Translations under genes and position numbers: made by a program
Notes under the pieces: generated by a model
What the model was told of the DNA's origin: nothing
The model's input: only the letters and a program-made list of their open reading frames with translations
Databases searched by the model: none
Source: Thermosulfurimonas dismutans
Lineage (GTDB): Bacteria; Desulfobacterota; Thermodesulfobacteria; Thermodesulfobacteriales; Thermodesulfobacteriaceae
DNA: 32,000 nt
Reading direction: 5' to 3'
Assembly (NCBI RefSeq): GCF_001652585.1
Contig: NZ_LWLG01000002.1
Location: 90,001-122,000 of the forward strand
Shown here: positions 7,376-14,718 of the stretch, one piece after another
How positions within the stretch are numbered: position 1 is the stretch's first letter
Layout of the letters: every line of letters starts with the position of its first letter

Positions 7376-8285
7376 ATTCCTCCTCCATTATCTCATAAAA
7401 TCGTTGAAAATATCTCAAAGCCTCCGCAGGATATTCCCTAGGAAACCAGAGTTCAAATTCTAGGACCAGGTTCCCACGACGGCCATCAGGGCGAAAAGGC
7501 CCGCGATGATTGAGGATAAGTCTGGCCCCGGAAGGAAGACCGCGAGGCACTTCAATCTCCTCTTCTCCCTCTAAGGTCTTTACCTTCACCCGCCCTCCTA
7601 GAACAGCCTTCCAGAAGGGCACTTTTATCCGGGCCACCAAATTATCATCTTCAAAAAAGAAGTCTTCGTCCTTCTTGATCAAGACCTCCAGAAAGACATC
7701 TAAGGCCGGACCATCTGGTGAACGAGGAACAAAAAGAAGGTCTCCATCCCGAACACCTGCGGGAATAAGGATCAGAATTTCCTTCTCACCCCTAACTTCA
7801 CCACGCCCCCGACAACGAGGACAAATATCAAGAAGAATCTCGCCCTCCCCTTTACAACGGGGACAGGGATGCTTGTAGAGAGGGCTTTCCTTTTCGGAAA
7901 TCAACCCCTCCCCGGAACACCACTCACATATCCGGCGCCGGCCTCTTGGATCAAAGCCGGAGCCTTGACACTCTCCACAAACAGCAAGTTCATCCGGGAC
8001 CTTAATCCATTTTTCGGCTCCCTGAGCCGCTTCTCTCACCGTAAGTTCGATAAAAGAAAGAAAATAGTCCCCCTTCCCAGGACGCTCCCTTACAATCTGA
8101 GCCCTTTTACGGGACTCATAGAGGCTCCGCAAGGCCTCATAAGAAGCCTGAAGACGAAGATAGGCCTCAGGATCTCCCCCCCGATCGGGATGAAGCTTCC
8201 TTACCTTACGAAGATAAGCCCGGCGAATTTCTTCCCAACTTGCCCCTTTCTCTATACCCAGAACCTTGAAGGGATCAGACATCAT
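7347..8285 (-). CDS. DnaJ-type paralog: J domain, 4x CxxCxGxG zinc finger and C-terminal substrate-binding domains, no G/F region
   Basis: J domain FKVLGIEKGASWEEIRRAYLRKVRKLHPDRGGDPEAYLRLQASYEAL, with HPD present. Zinc-finger motifs CGECQGSG, CEWCSGEG, CPRCKGEG and CPRCRGRG. DnaJ-like CTD (GDLLFVPRSPDG, GNLVLEFELWFP). The start overlaps the cheA stop (TAATG at 8287..8283) and the 3' end overlaps cheW by 29 nt. Confidence 0.85.
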   Translation of the reverse strand: MMSDPFKVLGIEKGASWEEIRRAYLRKVRKLHPDRGGDPEAYLRLQASYEALRSLYESRKRAQIVRERPGKGDYFLSFIELTVREAAQGAEKWIKVPDELAVCGECQGSGFDPRGRRRICEWCSGEGLISEKESPLYKHPCPRCKGEGEILLDICPRCRGRGEVRGEKEILILIPAGVRDGDLLFVPRSPDGPALDVFLEVLIKKDEDFFFEDDNLVARIKVPFWKAVLGGRVKVKTLEGEEEIEVPRGLPSGARLILNHRGPFRPDGRRGNLVLEFELWFPREYPAEALRYFQRFYEIMEEEYGGTSGIKQ

Positions 8286-10975
8286 TAAGCCGTAGCCTCC
8301 GCAGTCTTTTCAGCTAAAAGTTCGGCCGCAGTCCTAATGACGGCCTCTCGATCTAGTTTTACCTGAAACTCATCAATCCCGGTTTCCTTGGCCTTGCGAT
8401 ACACGTCTTCTCCAGAAAGGCTGGTTAAAGCCATAATTGGCATGTTGGCAAGTCTTTCATCAGACCTTACCTTCTTAGCCAACTCAAAACCGTCCATCTT
8501 GGGCATTTCTATGTCCGTGATAAGGAGATCAAATTGTTTCTGTTGCAATTTTTCCCAAGCTTCAAGGCCATCTTCCGCTACCTCTACCTCATAACCTGCC
8601 GACTGAAGATAATTTTTAACTAGTTGACGGTAAAAAGCTGAATCTTCAGCGTAAAGAATTCTTTTTTTCTCTAAAATTTCCGGCCGACTGAACCAGTCCG
8701 GATCATACATTTCTATGATTTTATAGATATCTACAAAAATAGTGGTGCGTCCATTTATAATGCGATTTCCCAAAATACCTTCCGTATGATAAATATCTTC
8801 ATCAAGCTCAAGGTCAGTTTCAAGACTATCCACAATCTGAGAGACTAAAATGGCCACCTTTTTTTTACGGTCTTCGAAGAAAAGAAGATTGTATTCCTCT
8901 TGCTCTGGGAGAGGCTGGATAGGCAGATAGTTCTCTAGTCTAATAACCGGAACCGATTTACCTTTGTATTGAACAACCTCTTTTCCTCCCACGTACTCAA
9001 GTTTGGAGGCCTCAATTTTGTCCAGTCTTGAGATCAGCGAAAGCGGAATGGCAAATTGCTCCGAAGGATGGACATTAAAGAGCAGAATAAACTGTTTTTC
9101 CTCCCCGGAGATCGCCCTTTGATCTTCTTCCCCAAAAGCTCGCTCCATCTCTTCGGCCTTGAATCCTACGTATCGAGAAAGACCTACCACATCCAAAATA
9201 AGGGCCACCTTTCCGTCCCCCATAATGGTAGCCCCGGCGTAAATGGGTATGCCCTTGAGAAGCCGACCGAGAGGTTTGACTACGATCTCTTCTGAATCCC
9301 GAACTTCATCTACGAGTAGCCCGAAATCCATAACCCCTGTGGAAAGGATAACCAGACTCCTTTCGTAATCACCATTTGGGCTCCCTAATATCCGCGATAG
9401 CCGGATTAGGGGAATAATCTCTCCTCTCAAACGATAAAACTCTGAATTTCCAATACGGTGTATTTCCTCATCGCTTTCAATATTTACCAGCTCCTTAAGA
9501 TTTACCTGCGGAATAGCATAGCGTTCCCCGCCCGAAAGGACTATCAGGGCCGGGACAATGGCCAGGGTCAGCGGTATCTTCACCCGAACCGTAGTTCCGG
9601 AACCCTTAACACTGTTAATTTCAATGCTACCACCGAGACGTTCTATATTAGTCTTAACCACGTCCATGCCCACACCACGGCCCGAAATGTTGGTGACCTT
9701 CTCTGCGGTTGAAAAACCGGGCCGGAAGATAAGGGCAATGGCCTCACGGTCACTCATCCGCTCGGCTTCTTCAGGGGTGATAAGTCCCTTCTCGATGGCC
9801 TTTTTCTTGACCTTTTCCACGTCTATACCACGACCATCGTCTTCGATTTCAATAATGACCTGGCCACCTTCGTGATAGGCTCGGAGTACCAAAGTTCCTA
9901 CTGCAGGCTTGCCTATCTGAACCCTCTCGTCCGGGCTCTCTATACCGTGATCAATGGAGTTGCGGACGAGATGCGTAAGTGGATCTTTGATAGCCTCAAT
10001 AATAGAACGGTCTAACTCGGTATCCGCACCCTCAATATGGAGATTCACCTTCTTCCCGGTTGAGCGGGCAAGATCTCTTACAATCCGCGGGAACTTATTA
10101 AATACCGTGCCGATGGGCTGCATTCTGGTCTTCATAATGGTCTCTTGCATTTCGGTGGTCACCAACGAAAGACTTTGCGTAGCCCGCATCAGTTCGGTAT
10201 CGTTGATCTCTCCGGCAATCTGTACCAAACGGTTACGGGCCAACACCAGTTCCCCGGCAAGGTTCATGAGATGATCCAGGAGTTTCACGTCCACTCGAAT
10301 ATGAGTCTCCGTAAGGGTAACCTGAGGGGCTACTTTAGAGGTCTTAGGAGCTTCCTCTTTTTTCTTTTCCGTTATCGAAGGGGTCGATGAAGAAGAACGA
10401 ACTTCCTCAGATTTTTTGTCCTCCAGGGCCTTTTCTCCGGCTGGTTCTTCATCTTCAGCTTTTTCTTCCTTAGGCTTTTCCTCTGTATCTTTTTCTTCCA
10501 CAGGCTCTTCTTTGGAAGCCTTTGACTCCAAAGGCCTTTTATCCGCAGGTTTGGTGCCTCCAACCTCGCCCTTGGCCCGCTTAGCTATCTTTTCTGCGAA
10601 GTTGCTAAGCTCCACTAGAAAATCAAGATAAGTCTCATCCACCGGCTCCTGTTTATGTTCCTCGAGATGGGCTACAATGGCCTTAATGTGATCTACTGCG
10701 CGCAGTAGGATGTCAATAATCTCTTCATCTGCCACCACTAGCCCATCTCGAAGCTTGGAAAGAATGTCCTCTGCAAAATGTGCAATCCCCTCCAGGGTTT
10801 TGAAACCGAAAAAGCCAGCCGTTCCCTTGAGGGTGTGCATGGTCCGAAAAATACTTTTCAGAATTTCGGTATTCTGCGGATCCCGCTCAAGCTCTACAAA
10901 CTCTTCGTCAAGTTTTTCAAGACCTTCCTTGGCCTCTGTCAAAAAATCTTGAAGGACATCATCCTCAAAAGACAT
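8285..10975 (-). CDS. cheA: Chemotaxis histidine kinase CheA fused to a C-terminal receiver (CheA-REC)
   Basis: Hpt with TMHTLKGTAGFFG. K/E-rich linker at aa 131-215. Dimerisation region, N box HLVRNSIDHG, G1 DDGRGID, G2 GRGVGMDVV. Two CheW-like segments (aa ~484-600 and ~626-757). REC at aa ~771-890 (ILYAEDS...LLITDIEMPKMDG). Confidence 0.95.
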   Translation of the reverse strand: MSFEDDVLQDFLTEAKEGLEKLDEEFVELERDPQNTEILKSIFRTMHTLKGTAGFFGFKTLEGIAHFAEDILSKLRDGLVVADEEIIDILLRAVDHIKAIVAHLEEHKQEPVDETYLDFLVELSNFAEKIAKRAKGEVGGTKPADKRPLESKASKEEPVEEKDTEEKPKEEKAEDEEPAGEKALEDKKSEEVRSSSSTPSITEKKKEEAPKTSKVAPQVTLTETHIRVDVKLLDHLMNLAGELVLARNRLVQIAGEINDTELMRATQSLSLVTTEMQETIMKTRMQPIGTVFNKFPRIVRDLARSTGKKVNLHIEGADTELDRSIIEAIKDPLTHLVRNSIDHGIESPDERVQIGKPAVGTLVLRAYHEGGQVIIEIEDDGRGIDVEKVKKKAIEKGLITPEEAERMSDREAIALIFRPGFSTAEKVTNISGRGVGMDVVKTNIERLGGSIEINSVKGSGTTVRVKIPLTLAIVPALIVLSGGERYAIPQVNLKELVNIESDEEIHRIGNSEFYRLRGEIIPLIRLSRILGSPNGDYERSLVILSTGVMDFGLLVDEVRDSEEIVVKPLGRLLKGIPIYAGATIMGDGKVALILDVVGLSRYVGFKAEEMERAFGEEDQRAISGEEKQFILLFNVHPSEQFAIPLSLISRLDKIEASKLEYVGGKEVVQYKGKSVPVIRLENYLPIQPLPEQEEYNLLFFEDRKKKVAILVSQIVDSLETDLELDEDIYHTEGILGNRIINGRTTIFVDIYKIIEMYDPDWFSRPEILEKKRILYAEDSAFYRQLVKNYLQSAGYEVEVAEDGLEAWEKLQQKQFDLLITDIEMPKMDGFELAKKVRSDERLANMPIMALTSLSGEDVYRKAKETGIDEFQVKLDREAVIRTAAELLAEKTAEATA

Positions 10976-10994
10976 AAGAGTCCTCCTTATTTAT

Positions 10995-11816
10995 TTAATC
11001 CTTCTTGCGATAACAAACCGTTCGACCGATCGTTTTCTTTTCCATATCCGGTGGAAGAGAAGGAGCTAGTTCCGTAGCCCCTAGGAAGATATATCCCCCG
11101 GGAGCCAATACCCGACAGAGATTATCCCAAACTTTCTTTTTCATGTCTGGCGAAAAATAGATCAACACATACCGACACAGGATAACATCATACGAAGGTG
11201 TAAGTCTCAAAGGTTCCACCAGATTGATTTTTCTAAAAACTATCAATTTTTTCAAACTTTCATCGATTACCCAATGAGCCCCTTGTTGTTTAAAATATTT
11301 TACTAAAAACGTGACTGGTAGTCCACGGTTAACTTCTATTTGAGAATAAATACCACTTTTGGCCTTTTTTAGAGCACTATCTGAGATATCGGAGGCCAGA
11401 ATTTCTATACGCCATGAAGAGAGCAAATCCGGAAAATATTCTTTAAGGAGCATAGCTATACTGTAAGGTTCCTGTCCGGTGGAACAGGCGGCCGACCAGA
11501 ATTTAAGAACCTTTTTGGTTTTACGTTTTTCTATAAGTTCCGGAATGATCTCCTTGCGTAAGGCCTCAAAGGGATGTTGATCGCGAAAAAAGTAGGTCTC
11601 ATTGGTGGTCAAGGCATCGATTATCTGATCCAAAAGCTGACGGGTGAGCTTGGTCTTGGCTACCTGATAGAGTTCTTCGTGGTTTTTGTACCCCAAAGCC
11701 TTGGCCAGCTCGTCCAGACGACTCTGAAGTAGATATTCTTTCCCGCTTTTAAGAGAAATGCCGCTAGCCTTTTCCACCAAAAGGGTAAAAAAATTAAAGA
11801 TTTCCGGTTTCATCAT
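10995..11816 (-). CDS. cheR: Chemotaxis protein methyltransferase CheR
   Basis: 273 aa. TNETYFFRD and VLKFWSAACSTGQEPYSIAML (SAM-binding) motifs. 4-nt overlap with cheB. Confidence 0.92.
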   Translation of the reverse strand: MMKPEIFNFFTLLVEKASGISLKSGKEYLLQSRLDELAKALGYKNHEELYQVAKTKLTRQLLDQIIDALTTNETYFFRDQHPFEALRKEIIPELIEKRKTKKVLKFWSAACSTGQEPYSIAMLLKEYFPDLLSSWRIEILASDISDSALKKAKSGIYSQIEVNRGLPVTFLVKYFKQQGAHWVIDESLKKLIVFRKINLVEPLRLTPSYDVILCRYVLIYFSPDMKKKVWDNLCRVLAPGGYIFLGATELAPSLPPDMEKKTIGRTVCYRKKD

Positions 11817-12886
11817 TTGCCCTTCCTCATAAAGATCTCTTGGAGTTTGAAAGCGATCTCTGGAAGTGGAAGAATCATATCTGCAAGCCCAGCCTCCACT
11901 ACCGCCCGAGGCATACCGTAAACCGTGGAGGTCTTTTCATCCTGGGCCAACACCAAACCTCCTTTTTCTTTAATTTTTTGAGCCCCCTTCATACCATCCT
12001 GCCCCATACCAGTAAGCACAAGAGCTACCGTAGTGCCGTTATAAACTTCGGCCAAAGACCGAAAAAGGGGGTCTACCGCCGGCCGACAACCGTTCTCCGG
12101 AGGCCCTTGATGCAGATAAATGTTTTTCATCTTTCCAGAACTCTTCACTTCCATGTGATAGTCCCCAGGAGCCAAATAGACCGTACCTTTTTGAACAGGC
12201 TCACCATTGGTGGCCTCTTTAACCCGCAAGGCTGAAACCTGATCCAGCCTCCGAGCAAGTTGGCCGGTAAAAACAGGAGGCATATGCTGCACTACCAGTA
12301 TGGGCACGGGAAAGGAAGCTGGCAGCTTGGGGATGATCTCCATCAGGGCCTTGGGACCACCGGTGGAAACACCTATGCCCAAAATGGTATAGACCCTAGG
12401 CCTTATAAGCTGAGGCCTTATCCCAGGAAAAGTTTTAGGAGGAGCCACAGGTACCGGTCTTCGCGGAAGCACTGGCGGTCTTTTGGCTGGCACCGCCGCT
12501 CGGATTTTGGGCAGAAGCTCACTTCGGATGCGGTTCATGCTCTCGGTAAGGGAACCACTAGAGGGCTTGGTCACAAAATCGAAGGCCCCTAACGACAGCG
12601 CCTCAATGGTCTCTTTGGCACCCTCCTCTGTAAGGGACGAAAACATGATGACCTTCGCTTTAGGATAAATGCGACGAATCTCTTTTAAGGCCGTAAGACC
12701 ATCCAGCACCGGCATTTCCACATCTAGGGTGATAACATCTGGTCTTAAGGCCCTGACAAGTTCTATGGCCTCTCGGCCATTCTTGGCCTGTCCCACGATT
12801 TCTATATCTGACTCTCTGGAAAGAATGTCTGAAAGGAGACGTCTTATAATCGGTGAATCATCAACGATTAGAACCTTGATCTTCAC
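11813..12886 (-). CDS. cheB: Chemotaxis response regulator protein-glutamate methylesterase CheB
   Basis: N-terminal REC (KVLIVDDS...ITLDVEMPVLDG), a P-rich linker, and a catalytic domain with GVSTGGP, VVQHMP and GMGQDG. Confidence 0.95.
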   Translation of the reverse strand: MKIKVLIVDDSPIIRRLLSDILSRESDIEIVGQAKNGREAIELVRALRPDVITLDVEMPVLDGLTALKEIRRIYPKAKVIMFSSLTEEGAKETIEALSLGAFDFVTKPSSGSLTESMNRIRSELLPKIRAAVPAKRPPVLPRRPVPVAPPKTFPGIRPQLIRPRVYTILGIGVSTGGPKALMEIIPKLPASFPVPILVVQHMPPVFTGQLARRLDQVSALRVKEATNGEPVQKGTVYLAPGDYHMEVKSSGKMKNIYLHQGPPENGCRPAVDPLFRSLAEVYNGTTVALVLTGMGQDGMKGAQKIKEKGGLVLAQDEKTSTVYGMPRAVVEAGLADMILPLPEIAFKLQEIFMRKGK

Positions 12887-13254
12887 AAACTGCCCTCCAA
12901 AAGATAACGGATCTTATTCTCTAACATCTCCTTATCAAAAGGCTTCATAAGATATTCATTGGCCCCGGCCATAATGGCATCAATGACGCTCTTCTGTTGA
13001 TTTTCCGTAGTTACCATCATAATTTTTATCTCGTTCCACTCCGGCTTGGCCCTTACGGCCTTGAGAAATTCATAGCCGTTCATTACCGGCATGTGCCAAT
13101 CAAGAATAATAAGACGAACATCTGGATTTTCCTTCAGCACTTTGAGCGCTTCTTCTCCGTTTTCGGCCTCTACAACCGTAAAGCCCATTTCTTCTAAATA
13201 TTTCCTCTCTATCTGTCTGATGGATTTAGAATCATCTACTACCAGGGCCTTCAT
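12883..13254 (-). CDS. Single-domain response regulator (second CheY-like protein)
   Basis: 123 aa. MKALVVDDS, IILDWHMPVMNG and YLMKPF motifs. 4-nt overlap with cheB. Confidence 0.85.
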   Translation of the reverse strand: MKALVVDDSKSIRQIERKYLEEMGFTVVEAENGEEALKVLKENPDVRLIILDWHMPVMNGYEFLKAVRAKPEWNEIKIMMVTTENQQKSVIDAIMAGANEYLMKPFDKEMLENKIRYLLEGSL

Positions 13255-13280
13255 AATCTTCCCCCAAAAAAGTTTTTACT

Positions 13281-14156
13281 TTACCCTTCTCGGGCAAGAA
13301 TTACTCCAGGCTCATAATGACTTCTTTCTAAAGTAACTTCCACATAAAAGCCCCTCTCCGCTAAGTGCTCTTTTAGTTCAAAAAGCTGCTCTCTCGCAAG
13401 CTCTAAAGCCTCTTCTCTCGAAAAGTAAAAATGCAAGTCTAGTTTAGAAGAAGGATAAAGTCCCAAAAAGGCTTCCACTAGACCGAGTTCTGATAAAAAA
13501 AGACGAAGATAAAAATAACGTTTGCCTTGAGCGGTAGCCTTAGTTTCTTCTCCAGCCTCAAGGAAACCCCATGAAGTTCGGTCGGCAAAAGCAAAGGGTA
13601 AAAGGAGACCTTTATCATGGATCAACTGAGAAGCGATGCGAAGTTCACCTTCCTCAAAAGCAACCGTCTTGTTTGAAGAGCCTCTCTTATCCTTTGACCT
13701 TATATCTTGAGATCTATTTCTCTCAGGACCTTCTACAAATTTTTTCTCCTCGGCTTCAAGAAGTTTCACGAAGAAACTTACCAGGGGATAAAGTTCAGGT
13801 CTTTCAGAAATTGTGGGGAAACGGGAAACTAAAGAGGGAAGTTCAGCCTGAACACTTTGAAAGATTTGGAGGAGACGCGCCTCGGCTCCCGAGATCTTTT
13901 CGCCCTCTACAATATGGAGTAGCACAGGGGGACCGCTAGAAAGGACTCTAACCCTTATAGTTTCTCCTGGTCGAAAATCATCTGGAAGAAGACTTCCAGC
14001 AATTCGCGCTTGAAACTTCTCTCCCCCGGTCTCGAGGGTCAGGGTTTTGCTTTCGACCTTGATTACCCTTACGGTAAGCTCCCGCCCCGGACGAGAAAAT
14101 AGAGAAAAGAGGCTTTCCGGCAAAAAAGTAACTGGCGCCGGGGCGGTAACCCTCAT
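13281..14156 (-). CDS. Hypothetical protein, FliK-like (Flg_hook-type C-terminal pattern)
   Basis: 291 aa. The C-terminal YFYLRLFLSELGLVEAFLGLYPSSKLDLHFYFSREEALELAREQLFELKEHLAERGFYVEVTLERS fits the l.L.p.eLG.v.v.l...l.v.f....a...l...L...L...G..v.v pattern of FliK C-terminal domains. The N-terminal VRVIKVESKTLTLETGGEKFQARIAG...GETIRVRV resembles short FliK-like proteins. Judged by eye only. ATGA overlap with the upstream gene. Confidence 0.4.
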   Translation of the reverse strand: MRVTAPAPVTFLPESLFSLFSRPGRELTVRVIKVESKTLTLETGGEKFQARIAGSLLPDDFRPGETIRVRVLSSGPPVLLHIVEGEKISGAEARLLQIFQSVQAELPSLVSRFPTISERPELYPLVSFFVKLLEAEEKKFVEGPERNRSQDIRSKDKRGSSNKTVAFEEGELRIASQLIHDKGLLLPFAFADRTSWGFLEAGEETKATAQGKRYFYLRLFLSELGLVEAFLGLYPSSKLDLHFYFSREEALELAREQLFELKEHLAERGFYVEVTLERSHYEPGVILAREG

Positions 14157-14560
14157 CTCTCACCCCTTCTAAATCTTTCGAGAGAAAGCACCAGTTCCAC
14201 TTCACCTTCGGAAAGCGATAACTTCTTAGAGATTTCTTCGGTGGACAGTCCCTTCCTACTAAGCTCGCAAATCTTCTCCTTGATACTCTTCCTCCCCTCT
14301 CCGGATTCTTCCCAGATTTTGGTCCCGGTTTCAAGAGCAAGTTTTACCTTTTCAAGCAGCTTTTTCTCTTCTTCGACATATCTTTCTAAATCTTTGGTAA
14401 GCTTTTCTGCCAATGACAGACGCTCAGAAAGATCCCCGATAGGTAAACGAGTTAACTTTCTAAATTTCAAAAACAGGAGCAGCAAAGCCACGAGTAGTAA
14501 TGCATCTAAAACAATCTGAATAAAAAAATATAATTCCCACAGATCATTAGACATTAACAT
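14153..14560 (-). CDS. Hypothetical membrane protein: TM, coiled coil and C-terminal HTH-like DUF2802-type motif (FipA-like architecture)
   Basis: 135 aa. N-terminal TM helix LYFFIQIVLDALLLVALLLLFL, a K/E coiled-coil segment, then C-terminal LSRKGLSTEEISKKLSLSEGEVELVLSL. Architecture and flagellar/che context match DUF2802 proteins. No alignment was run. Confidence 0.4.
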   Translation of the reverse strand: MLMSNDLWELYFFIQIVLDALLLVALLLLFLKFRKLTRLPIGDLSERLSLAEKLTKDLERYVEEEKKLLEKVKLALETGTKIWEESGEGRKSIKEKICELSRKGLSTEEISKKLSLSEGEVELVLSLERFRRGER

Positions 14561-14658
14561 CTATCAATTTTCCTCTTCAGAATCTTTTATGGACTTTTTT
14601 TCCTCGCATTACTCTTTTTTCTTAGTTGTCCTTTTTAGAAGATTCTTTGTCCGAATAT

Positions 14659-14705
14659 AAAGGAGGAAGGAGCGGTCTTATACCTAAAGACTCCTTTACT
14701 CCTTT
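14659..14705 (-). terminator. Long imperfect hairpin after the FliL paralog (possible terminator or processing site)
   Basis: AAAGGAG(14659-65)/CTCCTTT(14699-705), AAGGAG(14667-72)/CTCCTT(14691-96) and TCTT(14676-79)/AAGA(14687-90), giving 17 bp in total. It starts 13 nt after the stop at 14719. On the minus strand it ends ...CUCCUUU followed by AUAUUCGG, so the U-tract is weak. Confidence 0.35.
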
Positions 14706-14718
14706 TGGCATTTCGGTC

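Noticed and set aside
10331-10585. GAA/AAG/GAG-rich repetitive DNA that could be mistaken for a tandem repeat or CRISPR-like array, plus antisense S-rich ORFs 10372..10563 and 10416..10631
   Set aside because: It is in frame within cheA and encodes the K/E/P-rich Hpt-to-dimerisation linker. There is no regular repeat-spacer periodicity.
14561-14658. Sigma-28 (TAAA-N15-GCCGATAA) or sigma-54 (TGGCAC-N5-TTGC) promoter in the gap downstream of fliA/cheY/FliL-paralog
   Set aside because: Scanning the minus strand found no acceptable match. A TTGGCA-N5-GTCTC at ~14703-14718 is on the wrong strand. The promoter for the che sub-operon therefore remains unidentified.
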